A stretch of 32,000 nucleotides of DNA, from the NCBI RefSeq assembly GCF_016889905.1, contig NZ_CP069559.1, one strand, 5' to 3'. This stretch comes from Escherichia coli. GTDB taxonomy: Bacteria; Pseudomonadota; Gammaproteobacteria; Enterobacterales; Enterobacteriaceae. Positions 1 to 9,173 of this stretch are shown here, in pieces; position 1 is the first letter of the stretch; each line of letters begins with the position of its first letter. A program made the position numbers and the translations under genes. Below the pieces are notes generated by a model, which saw only the letters and a list, made by a program, of their open reading frames with translations, was not told the origin of the DNA and made no database searches.

Positions 1-520
1 CGTTGATGCGGCTCAGGTCGTAAACCCGGCGTTCAATATCCAGCATCAGGAAATTGTGGATCTCGGCCTGCTCAGGATTATCAGACTCTCTGGCCTGTAA
101 TAGCAATTCATTGTAACCATGCAAGCCGCCTGAGTTTTCCGCCGGGGTGGTGCCTTTCCCACGCAGGCAGCTAATGGGCTGATTACTCGTATCGTGTGTT
201 TGCTTCTCCAGCACAATGACGCAATCCCACCAGTCGCCAAAGTCATACGTGTAAACCAGCTTGTCACCCTCATTCTGGAGCGCCGCCCATAGTGGCGTGA
301 TTGCCGCGTTACCCATGCTTTCATCCTCACCCCATACGCGATACTCGCTACCTGGATCACCTTTACGCCCTTTCTCGAACATATACAGGTGTTCGTCATT
401 CCAGCCAAAAGCTAACTGGATCACGGCATGAAGTTTACTAAAGGGGATTTGCTCTGGAACCAGCACACGCCGCCATATAGGTGGTTTGCTGTCTCGGATG
501 GTTATCTTTAGCTGGTACAT
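1..520 (-). CDS. pRiA4b ORF-3-like protein, C-terminus truncated by window edge
   Basis: Manual reverse-strand translation from ATG at 520 is open to the edge: MYQLKITIRDSKPPIWRRVLVPEQIPFSKLHAVIQLAFGWNDEHLYMFEKG...DKLVYTYDFGDWWDCVIVLEK. PPIWRRVLVP, LH..IQ.AFGW..EHLY.F and YTYDFGDWW are hallmarks of the family. Confidence 0.85.
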   Translation of the reverse strand, partial: MYQLKITIRDSKPPIWRRVLVPEQIPFSKLHAVIQLAFGWNDEHLYMFEKGRKGDPGSEYRVWGEDESMGNAAITPLWAALQNEGDKLVYTYDFGDWWDCVIVLEKQTHDTSNQPISCLRGKGTTPAENSGGLHGYNELLLQARESDNPEQAEIHNFLMLDIERRVYDLSRIN

Positions 521-640
521 GCAAATCCTGAATAAATGCGAATCGGAAGGATAACGATACTGACGTACTCACAATTCTGTAAAGGTGAATAAAGGAAATT
601 TGCTTAATACGCATAAGTTACATGTGGAATAATCCCATAT

Positions 641-826
641 CTACCTGCGCGGCGCTGGCTTCTTCCACTGGTAGGCAGGTGCTCGCATCATTTCGCGGAA
701 CCTGTCGCGCCGGGCTATATCGGCATTAACTGATCGTTCTATCTCCCGTTGATCTGCCTGTGTAAGCTGGTGGCCTCCGTGCTCAAGTTTGGCGATGGTC
801 AATAAGGCTATTTCGCGTGGTGTCAT
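641..826 (-). CDS. small hypothetical phage protein (61 aa)
   Basis: Complete ORF, same strand as neighbours, charged helical composition; no family recognised. Confidence 0.45.
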   Translation of the reverse strand: MTPREIALLTIAKLEHGGHQLTQADQREIERSVNADIARRDRFREMMRAPAYQWKKPAPRR

Positions 827-1123
827 ACGTCATACCCTCTGGAAGGATGAAACACGCCCGGATTAAATTTCATTTTTCGCGGGTATAAAAAAACGATGGG
901 GCGGGCAGTCCCGGATAGTCAGGGCTGTAGAGATTTGACTACCCCCTCCCCACTGGATTCAGGTTACTGCTATTCCGTTAAGCGCTGCTTACGGGGATAG
1001 CTGCGTTGTGATTTTGACCATTCAGGTCGCCGCTATTTCCTCACCGATTGGGTGCTACGCGCGCGCGTACTTGTCCCGAAATACCAGAAACCGCCAGCCA
1101 GAGGATGATTTCCCTCTGGTGGT

Positions 1124-1405
1124 CTACCTTTGCCTCTTGCCGCCATTTAACCGGAAGGCGTTACCGTTCGGTTGCGCTATCCCCATGCGGTGTTGCGTTT
1201 CGGTAACAGCTTTATGCAGGTCGCCAAATTCCTCAACCTTCACGGGCGGGCGCTTCACGTTCTCCAGACACGTTTCACGGCGGCGCTTTATCCATTCCCG
1301 ATCATCGTCCTCGCTGCATAACAGCATGACTTCCATCCATCGTGCGGCAGCTCTCCGGTATAGCCCTTTTGACTCCAGCTCTTCAGCTTTCCTGTCCCTT
1401 ATCAT
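1124..1405 (-). CDS. PerC-family transcriptional regulator-like protein
   Basis: MIRDRKAEELESKGLYRRAAARWMEVMLLCSEDDDREWIKRRRETCL; the AEELE.KGLYRRAA.RW motif is typical of PerC-like proteins. Confidence 0.75.
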   Translation of the reverse strand: MIRDRKAEELESKGLYRRAAARWMEVMLLCSEDDDREWIKRRRETCLENVKRPPVKVEEFGDLHKAVTETQHRMGIAQPNGNAFRLNGGKRQR

Positions 1406-1438
1406 TTCTGCCTCTCAGATTATATAGATAAGCAAAAA

Positions 1439-1545
1439 GGTGTTGGTTCAGTTGGTTCAGTTGGTTCAATTTGTAAAGAGCGTTGTTTTTATTGTGTTTT
1501 TTCTAAAATATTGAACCAACATCAACTCATTTTGAACCAACAAAA
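1439..1545. repeat. iteron island L (putative replication origin or cis replication region)
   Basis: Three tandem GTTGGTTCA (1442-1450, 1451-1459, 1460-1468), then ATTTGTAAAGAG, an AT-rich spacer, and opposing TGAACCAAC at 1512-1520 and 1533-1541. An imperfect copy TGAACTAAC lies at 1554-1562. Confidence 0.8.
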
Positions 1546-2021
1546 AGTGTCCGTGAACTAACACTCTGTCAAATAGTCACTACATATATGAACGGTGAAG
1601 ACTAAATCCGCCAGCAAATAGCTTATATAGCACCGCTTTATGCCGCAGTTATGCTGGAACAGTAATCATTTCACAGAACCGCCTAACTACTATATGGCAC
1701 CTGCTAAAAAGCACATCAGCCTAGTCAGTTGATCGGTGCATGGATATCCTAACAATTCAACTATATAACGTGATCTCCCATGTCGATCTACTGTCATGCA
1801 ATGATTAACAAACACATAGACACATCTGCTTGGCGCATTGATTAATCACTGATCATCCATCAGGATATGCGAACCACCGTCACCAGGTTAGGATGATTCT
1901 CAAAAGCCACCTGTATTCAATGCCTTTGATGGGTTTCATCCATAGTTATTTTCTCGTGACTGACATGGAGATTTTGATTTCAAGGTGTGCAAAAACTATC
2001 GCAGAGTACAATGGAGCTCAA

Positions 2022-2978
2022 ATGACTGTGGCACCAAAAGATCAAAGTTTGAAATCTGTAAGGGTGGGCTTTTACACAAGCTCTGAGAATATTCGCACTA
2101 GTAACAAGGGGTTAACCGCAGAGGCCTTTAAAAATCTCTATGATCGGTGTTCTAAAGACTTCAAGATGACCCACTATGCAGACTTTGGTGAAAGAGAACT
2201 TAAAATTCATTTTCTAGACATCTCACCCGAGGATGGCTCCTACTTCGGATTCATGTCTCGAAGAAGAAAAAGCGCAACACTGGCATATATTACAGATAAA
2301 GAGTGGGTGGAAGAGAAAATCCCTCTAGCCGGGGCAAAGACTCTTTCAGAACGTACATACTTTATTTATTATCCTCAGACAGACATTCTAGTATTGTCTT
2401 TAAATCATTTAGGTCCACGCCATAGTGACTTAGCCTTCCTTCTTTTCAACTCCAGTGATCGCGGAGTCCCTGTTTCTTTTGAAGCCATTTGGAAAGAAGA
2501 AAGCATCAAAGAACTACTCGAAACTGGATCCAATCTAAGAAGCTGCGAGATTTCTGTGGCCATCCCAAGAAACTTCAATGCCGCACAGTATCAACTCGAT
2601 GGAATGTTCGCGAATCAGATGATTGAGATGATCAGAGGCACCAGTTCAAGCCACCTGACTATTTCGTTACGCGGACATTCTCCATTAAAAAGAAAAGCAA
2701 AGGGATGGCTTGAGGATGACGTTAAAAAAAGCCTTAAGGAGATGCTAGAAAAGTTCCCTGGTGGTGATGGTCGTTTAACTTTTGAGAAAGCAAATGTTGT
2801 TGCTCAGGGCGATAAAAAGAAGAAAAGTCTTGTAGACGAAGTTCTTACGGTAAAGAAGATGGTGCCTATCCAAGCAGATGGGTATCCGACCGATACTGAC
2901 GTTAAAAATGCTATGCTACAAGCAAAGAATGACAACCTTAGGTATCTAACCCAGTACTATTTGGTTAGTCAAACGTAA
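2022..2978 (+). CDS. putative RexA-like soluble component of a two-gene exclusion/abortive infection system (~318 aa)
   Basis: Long ORF (1893..2978 at maximum extent). ATG at 2022 is preceded by GGAG with good spacing. Contains VRVGFY near the N-terminus and ..ILVLSLNHLGPRHSDLAFLLF.., reminiscent of the GP..SDL..FL segment of lambda RexA as recalled. Followed 12 nt later by a multi-TM protein gene. Confidence 0.6.
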   Translation: MTVAPKDQSLKSVRVGFYTSSENIRTSNKGLTAEAFKNLYDRCSKDFKMTHYADFGERELKIHFLDISPEDGSYFGFMSRRRKSATLAYITDKEWVEEKIPLAGAKTLSERTYFIYYPQTDILVLSLNHLGPRHSDLAFLLFNSSDRGVPVSFEAIWKEESIKELLETGSNLRSCEISVAIPRNFNAAQYQLDGMFANQMIEMIRGTSSSHLTISLRGHSPLKRKAKGWLEDDVKKSLKEMLEKFPGGDGRLTFEKANVVAQGDKKKKSLVDEVLTVKKMVPIQADGYPTDTDVKNAMLQAKNDNLRYLTQYYLVSQT

Positions 2979-2990
2979 CAGGAATACATT

Positions 2991-3428
2991 ATGAGTTCTC
3001 GGAAATTGTTTGCTGCCAAGTCATTGTTTGCTCTAGCTATGGCTATTGCTGGTGCCCATTTTTTACACGACCTAGATCACAATGCTGTCATTTCGGCTGC
3101 TGGTGCTCTTTCAACTATTTCTGGAGTTCTCTTTGGTTTTGTTTTGGCATCAGTCACCATGCTAAGTAGCTTTGATAGTTCAAAGGGAATTGTAGGCGCT
3201 CTAAAAAGTAACGGAGTACTAAAAGGCATTATTGAGGGGCTTTTTGATACAGGAACTACGCTGATCACAGCCTGCCTATTAGCAATGATCTCGATGTTTG
3301 CCCCTGTTGTCAGCAATCTGCCTCTGGATTATTATGCCCTGCTACTCGCAGGGGCATATTTGATTATATCAATGATAACTTTTTTCTTTAACTGGAAATC
3401 TTTATCTAAAATAATAAGTTACATATGA
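2991..3428 (+). CDS. putative RexB-like integral membrane protein (145 aa, ~4 hydrophobic segments)
   Basis: Hydrophobic segments LFALAMAIAGAHFL, ALSTISGVLFGFVLASVTML, TTLITACLLAMISMFAPVV and YYALLLAGAYLIISMITFFF. AGGA ribosome-binding site ahead of ATG, 12 nt after the previous stop. Confidence 0.65.
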   Translation: MSSRKLFAAKSLFALAMAIAGAHFLHDLDHNAVISAAGALSTISGVLFGFVLASVTMLSSFDSSKGIVGALKSNGVLKGIIEGLFDTGTTLITACLLAMISMFAPVVSNLPLDYYALLLAGAYLIISMITFFFNWKSLSKIISYI

Positions 3429-4287
3429 TAAATATTTCAAAATGAGTCCCCCTGCTACGGATAGTCCTTGGCTTAAAAAATACCGTCACCGCTGAATACC
3501 CACACAGTGCCCCCACCCATTTAGTTGGCATAATGTATTCAACTGATTGAGGAATGGCTCCTCTTTTACTACCAAACGGCCATCGCTGGCGCATTCATCC
3601 GCTGGTAGTGGAACTTTTTAGCCATCAGCGCCTCCCTAAATCAATTCCTTACATCGCTCAAATTCAACAACCATTGTTGTAATCTTGCTGCTATCAAGTA
3701 ACGCCTTTGTATTACGCCGACTTTATCTTGCCAGCAACATACGCCATCCGATAATTTCGATGTTACGCGCGCGTACTTGTCGCAAAATATCAGACAAAAG
3801 CCAGATTCAGAACGTCGTGATAACCACCAGCACAACATGAGAGGTCATGTAACGCGATTTATCACACCAGATACATGTGATTGGTGTACCCGCATAAAAC
3901 ATTGTCATAGCGCGTCCTGTGCGCATATAGGCCGATAATCAACACATCACCACCACTCTGTCTCATGTAGAGAACAGTTTTATGGTATCCCCCGCCATCG
4001 TGTGTGTATTGGTCGGACGTAGTTGCAAAATTTTTTGCAACTGATACCCCTCGCGCGCGTACTTGTCTCGAAATTGGTGTTTTGCTGTGGCAGTGATATC
4101 AGAAAAATCTTCCTGTTTCACATAAAGCGGATATGCGCGTACTGTAACGGCCCCATCAACTGGGAGCGGATTTGAAATCCCGCCCCGAATGTGTAGGCAA
4201 TGTCACTTAACGTTTGTCGCATACCTTCTAGAAAAAGCGATTCATGAATAATAGGGGGCAAAATGCCCGGCGTACCGGGCTTATTAG

Positions 4288-4986
4288 TTAATTTGGTGCT
4301 TTAGGGTCAACATTAAAAGTTATATCACCTTCTGTATTTTTCCCGGCATAGCTAGCGGCTATTCTCGCCAACCCCTTGTAATCAGCAATTCCATCAGACT
4401 GTTGCGAGACGACTGAGCTACCAACTTTCCATAACATATTAATCTGCCTATTATTGAGATAGGCCTTGGCATCAAACGACTGGAGTATCACCCCTGCGCC
4501 GTAGAACGTGTCCGTCACAGTTGTGTTATACGCGCCAGTAATTCCATAAGTAGGCGTATAAACTGTTGTTGCCGTTCCAGTGGTATTAGCTGTACCGTAG
4601 CCACCACCATAACTATTGAACGTGGTGTTCGAGTTTCCGTACGTTGTTGCTGAGCTCACACCAGTTTGCCCGTATATTGGGATGGTTACATTACGAGTAT
4701 TTGAAATGGCCCCGCTTCTCAAAAAGTTCAAGAGAATTACCTGGTCAGCCAATTTTTCATCTTTAACTTGTGTATATCCTTGGCTTGATAAACTGGCGGC
4801 TACTACCGTAGCTATTTGAGTGTATTCAATCTGTTTGGTGTTCCAAAGTTCTTGGCTTGCGGGGATGATCAAGAACTTCTTACCGACAGATTGCCCGGAA
4901 GATAAAGCATTGACCGTTACTAACGGTTTTTGTACGCATCCAGCCAATAATGACAGGGATAATATTAAAAGAAGATTTTTAATCAT
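4288..4986 (-). CDS. putative prophage-encoded lipoprotein
   Basis: Signal peptide with lipobox MIKNLLLILSLSLLAGC; Ser/Thr/Gly/Asn-rich middle segment. Confidence 0.75.
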   Translation of the reverse strand: MIKNLLLILSLSLLAGCVQKPLVTVNALSSGQSVGKKFLIIPASQELWNTKQIEYTQIATVVAASLSSQGYTQVKDEKLADQVILLNFLRSGAISNTRNVTIPIYGQTGVSSATTYGNSNTTFNSYGGGYGTANTTGTATTVYTPTYGITGAYNTTVTDTFYGAGVILQSFDAKAYLNNRQINMLWKVGSSVVSQQSDGIADYKGLARIAASYAGKNTEGDITFNVDPKAPN

Positions 4987-5136
4987 GATAATCTCACCTA
5001 AGAATTGCGTGGTTATAAATTATCATCACTGTAAGCGAATGTAAGCCACAGGCTCGTAATGTGATATGGAATTTTGATAGTTGGCTCAATATCAGTATGC
5101 CGTCCTTGGCTATTATGGTTTTGTTAGTTAGAGCGT

Positions 5137-7863
5137 CTATTCCCATTCGCTAACATCTTTCATGCCACTGAGGGTAGCTACAATCCCGGCCCTTGTCAGT
5201 TTCACGAATTCTTCAGCCCCAACGGCATCACGAATTGCTTTCATGGCAATTTTATTGGCCGAAAATCGTTTCTCTGCTGCGGCGATCGCTGCTGGTGATG
5301 CCCCTGCGCGCACTGCTTTTGTAGCTTCCTGAACGGCTTTCTCTATCGCATATCGACCACTTCTTGTCGCCCCAATCTTAGCCACAGTATTTCTCAGCGC
5401 GCCACCAGCAACCAAACCACTAATCGAACCAATTACACCACCGCCAAAGCCTCCAGCGATCGCACCTGACTGTTGAACTCCGTTCATAATCACGCCGACG
5501 ATCTTTGGAAGGCCTGAATCGAGCGTTTTGAGAGCCTCAGTTGTTCTTCCCGTGCGCTCTACGTATCGCTGCGGTCTGGTGCTGGCTTTAGCGAGTACAC
5601 CGAACTCTTTCATCATTCTACCGAGATCTGGCGCATGACGACTGATGGCGTTTACATTCTGCTGGGTCATGAGCTTGGCAAAATACTGGATACCAGACTC
5701 TTCACCGATTCCTCCCTTCTCTCCCTGCGCCACAGCATGCTGAAGAATAGATGCTATTGCTGGTTGGCGTTCTGCTTCCGGCAGCGCGGAGATAAGACGG
5801 TGAAAAGCTCCCGTTCCAGTGTTTGCGGATGCCTTAAGCGTATCGGCACCTTTTCTTACCATAGCGTCTGATGCGAGATCTCGACCAAAAACAGATTCGG
5901 CATTTTGTTTGGCGATAATGTAACTTTTAGAGAGATCGTTAGCTTTCTGCCATTCTGTGAGGAAGTTTCCTTTTTCAGCCATGATGCGCATGTCATCAGT
6001 GATAGCTCTGCGCATTTCTCCGGCAACCCGGGCGGCATTGGCCTTACCTGCCCGGGTGTTTGCTTGTTCAGCATCAGCAAACTTAGCACGCCATGCCTTC
6101 ATCCCGTCGAAGGTTATGCCGCCACCTTGGTTATTGGCAGCCTGAAACTGTTTCATCTCCGGGCTGAGTGGAACATTGGCTGCTTTTTCTGCTTGGACGA
6201 CAGCCATCCCATTACTCATTTTCATCCTTTCGCGTGGCATCGTGCTTCGCAGTTCTGCCCATGCCATATTCTCTGCTGTTTTCATATCACTGAGGCTCGC
6301 GATGATGCGCTCTTTAATTGCTGCGCTTTTTTCTGATGCGCTTCCAGACTCAGCACCGAAATCAGACAACTGCTTATTCAACTTTGAGGATATTTCATTG
6401 AAGGCCGTAAGGTGAGCATCCTGAACATTCCCAGGAGTTGATGCCAGAACACCTTCTGCTTGGGCAATTCCACGACTACCTGAGCGCATTCCAGGCGTCA
6501 GGGTGTTGATATTAATACCAGTGATTTTCGCCGCCTTAGCGACATCATCTCTGACGTTTGATGCCTGCGATGCGATATGCTCTCGGCCTACGGCAGAACG
6601 CGCTGCTTTCGATACATCATTGGCGGTTTCCAGAGTATTTGCTGCCCCTAACACATAGCTTGATTGATTTGTATTACTCCGCAATACATCTCGCATTACG
6701 TCACTGGCTGTCTGTCCGCTCTTTATTAAAGCGCGTGCTCCTAGCGATCCTGCTAGGCCAATACCTGTCTCTTTTGCTAGGTCTTCTGGGCTGATCTGCC
6801 CGTTCTTTTGGGCGTTCACCAATGTACCTGGCAGGTTTTCTGCCAACATACTAGCCACCTTTGTGGCCGCACGTTCAGCACGTGGAGCGTTGGCAACTGA
6901 AGAAGCTGCGGTAGCTGCCTTTCCTGCACCTAATCCTGTAATAAGGTAAGGTGCTAGCTGCTCACCAGCCTGCGCGTATGGATCTGTAGGTTGGTCTACT
7001 GGGCGAAAGACAGGTGATATGGGCGTGTATGTACCATCACCCACACCAAGCTTCTGAGCTGCCCATGCTCCGGCTGATTGCGCCGCATTGACTACCCCCA
7101 CGCCTGCGTCCATTACATCAAACGGTATATTAGCAATCCCTCTGGCCATCTGCTCTGGCGCAGCTTTCAGTCCTGGCGAAAGATATTCCATCTCAGGATT
7201 AAGGTTAGACTTGGCTACTTGCTGCTGCGGTTCCCCGGCATTTTCATCGGCGAGAAAATGAGCTCTTTTCTGCTCCCATGAACTGGCTGTTGGTAGTCCT
7301 GCTTCTATGTTCTTAAATTGCTGACGTTTTGCTTCCCATGCAGAAATATCTCCCACCTGAGAGATTTCTTTATCAAGCTCTGAGTAGTCAGGCTGCTGAA
7401 GATTGCGATGTTGACTGGTTTGTGCAAACTGCAAGATTTCACTGTCATCAGGGATTATTCCGGCATCTGCAAATTTACTTACGTAATTAGCCGTTTCATC
7501 TGGCAGTGTAGATTTACCGTTTCTTACGGCATTAATACGAGCATAGCCAGAATTATACCCAGCCAATGCCATACCTATATCACCAAATCGCTTCATTCCT
7601 TTATTGAGATGGTTTGCTGCGATATCCATTTGCTTTTCAAATGGCAGTGAGCGCGGATCTGTTCCACGATAACCAGCATCACTCATTACTGAGGGCATCA
7701 GTTGAGCAAATCCTCTAGCTCCTTTCGGTGACTCGGCACTTCCGTTACCACTAGATTCATTGCCAACTAATGTTTCCATCGTCCCTGATGGGAAACCATA
7801 TTTTTCATCGAGATGACGGGAATAGGCTTTCTGTTTTTCTGTCAGTTGTGCCATCATTGCCAT
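5137..7863 (-). CDS. P22 gp16-like DNA ejection protein with N-terminal lytic transglycosylase domain (908 aa)
   Basis: N-terminus GFPSGTMETLVGNESSGNGSAESPKGARGFAQLMPSV...ALAGYNSG matches the SLT-like E-S..GA.G..Q.MP pattern. Directly follows gp20-like and gp7-like genes in P22 order. Confidence 0.85.
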   Translation of the reverse strand: MAMMAQLTEKQKAYSRHLDEKYGFPSGTMETLVGNESSGNGSAESPKGARGFAQLMPSVMSDAGYRGTDPRSLPFEKQMDIAANHLNKGMKRFGDIGMALAGYNSGYARINAVRNGKSTLPDETANYVSKFADAGIIPDDSEILQFAQTSQHRNLQQPDYSELDKEISQVGDISAWEAKRQQFKNIEAGLPTASSWEQKRAHFLADENAGEPQQQVAKSNLNPEMEYLSPGLKAAPEQMARGIANIPFDVMDAGVGVVNAAQSAGAWAAQKLGVGDGTYTPISPVFRPVDQPTDPYAQAGEQLAPYLITGLGAGKAATAASSVANAPRAERAATKVASMLAENLPGTLVNAQKNGQISPEDLAKETGIGLAGSLGARALIKSGQTASDVMRDVLRSNTNQSSYVLGAANTLETANDVSKAARSAVGREHIASQASNVRDDVAKAAKITGININTLTPGMRSGSRGIAQAEGVLASTPGNVQDAHLTAFNEISSKLNKQLSDFGAESGSASEKSAAIKERIIASLSDMKTAENMAWAELRSTMPRERMKMSNGMAVVQAEKAANVPLSPEMKQFQAANNQGGGITFDGMKAWRAKFADAEQANTRAGKANAARVAGEMRRAITDDMRIMAEKGNFLTEWQKANDLSKSYIIAKQNAESVFGRDLASDAMVRKGADTLKASANTGTGAFHRLISALPEAERQPAIASILQHAVAQGEKGGIGEESGIQYFAKLMTQQNVNAISRHAPDLGRMMKEFGVLAKASTRPQRYVERTGRTTEALKTLDSGLPKIVGVIMNGVQQSGAIAGGFGGGVIGSISGLVAGGALRNTVAKIGATRSGRYAIEKAVQEATKAVRAGASPAAIAAAEKRFSANKIAMKAIRDAVGAEEFVKLTRAGIVATLSGMKDVSEWE

Positions 7864-9173
7864 CCCTTAAGTTTTGCCTGATAGTAACTTTCCGGCAGAT
7901 AGCCATGTGCGGTCACATAATCCTTAACCAGAGAAGGATCCTGCAACAGCATTTTAGTATCAGTTTCTTCGTCCTTAGATTTGGTTACAGGAATACCGAG
8001 CCCGGCAATCTGTCGTTTCTGCATTCGAATAATTACGTCCTGCGCTTTATTCAACTCTCGCAAAAATGCCTCATTGCTGGTTGCTGACTTAATGCCATTT
8101 TGAGATTGCATAAGGGCAGCCCTTTCCCCTTCGGTTGGGTTAGAGCCAAAAGTCCCTTTGAGGCTAGGCAGAATAACCTTTAGGTTGTATTCATCAGCTT
8201 TGGCGCGTAGGCTTCGTGTGTCTTCTGCTACATCAGGAAGGAATCCAAACCCCAGCGTCAGGGGGTTATAGTTCTGCGAACGGGTAACGGCCGAAGGATG
8301 TTTCCCTACAATTCCCGCCAGTTCATGACCCACTTCAAGCGCAGAGTTCAAGGAGTCGATGTTACCTGCAACAGTATTAATTTTATCGTTCATCTTCTCC
8401 ACTTTCGCCTGCTGTACCTTGCTCAGTTCAGCATTGAGCTTGTCTCTCTCGATGTCATTTTGAGCACGTCCAAGTCGTGCTTTCAGAACCATTTCTCTCG
8501 TGCGTAGCTGGTTATCGGATAGGACTTTGAACTGCTCCATATCGAGACGCCGATTACCCTGTTCCGCATTAACCTGAGCATTATATGCAGATGTATCTGC
8601 GTTCTGCTGTGCAATACTCTGCCCTTGCTGCTTCTCTTGAACACTAAAGTAACTATTTGGATCAGCATGGAGGTGGATGAGGTCAGTGATTCTGTTGAAT
8701 TCCTGTGGGTCATTCTGCCAAGACTGATAAACCTCTTCAGCAGGAAGACCAAATCGCTGTAATACTGGATTTGCCTGCTGAATGGCCTTCTGCATGGTCA
8801 GTGGATCTCCAGTTTGTGACGCAAGACGCAGATTCATGGCAGCGTCAGCGGTCTGCCGATTTTGCTCAGCATCAATGAATCCCATCTGTTTTTGAGAATC
8901 AGCCATAAACTGGGGATACTGGGCCATTAACTTCTGCACGCCAACACGATCATTATTAGCTACCGCACTACCCAACTGTGCCTGATATTCTTTTAGCTGC
9001 TGGGAAATTTGCGCCTGCTGATTAATCTCAGCAACGCCTCTTAGCCCCTGTAGCGCCATTAAACCTACGTTTGGCTGCTGCTGATACTGCACAGGCTGAG
9101 GAACGGAAGAACGAGGAGCATTATCATTTTGCGGTGCCATGCTAGGCAGCCCGCCAAGTTGCCATGTCGCCAT
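7854..9173 (-). CDS. P22 gp20-like DNA ejection protein
   Basis: 439 aa, Gln/Ala-rich helical protein (MATWQLGGLPSMAPQNDNAPRSS...) between gp7-like and gp16-like genes, with overlapping start/stop junctions. Confidence 0.8.
   Translation of the reverse strand: MATWQLGGLPSMAPQNDNAPRSSVPQPVQYQQQPNVGLMALQGLRGVAEINQQAQISQQLKEYQAQLGSAVANNDRVGVQKLMAQYPQFMADSQKQMGFIDAEQNRQTADAAMNLRLASQTGDPLTMQKAIQQANPVLQRFGLPAEEVYQSWQNDPQEFNRITDLIHLHADPNSYFSVQEKQQGQSIAQQNADTSAYNAQVNAEQGNRRLDMEQFKVLSDNQLRTREMVLKARLGRAQNDIERDKLNAELSKVQQAKVEKMNDKINTVAGNIDSLNSALEVGHELAGIVGKHPSAVTRSQNYNPLTLGFGFLPDVAEDTRSLRAKADEYNLKVILPSLKGTFGSNPTEGERAALMQSQNGIKSATSNEAFLRELNKAQDVIIRMQKRQIAGLGIPVTKSKDEETDTKMLLQDPSLVKDYVTAHGYLPESYYQAKLKGWQ

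Noticed and set aside
46-408. ORF 46..408 (MAGMTNTCICSRKG...) as a real gene
   Set aside because: Overlaps, in another frame, the clearly protein-like pRiA4b ORF-3 reading frame starting at 520.
1893-3428. Direct naming of the two-gene cassette as Kiwa (kwaA/kwaB) or as lambda rexA/rexB
   Set aside because: Kiwa has the opposite gene order and a recognisable DUF4868 that I cannot confirm; similarity to RexAB is remote and recalled from memory, so only 'RexAB-like candidate' is justified.
5635-8507. Plus-strand ORFs opposite the gp16-like and gp20-like genes
   Set aside because: Random antisense frames without start-site or family support.
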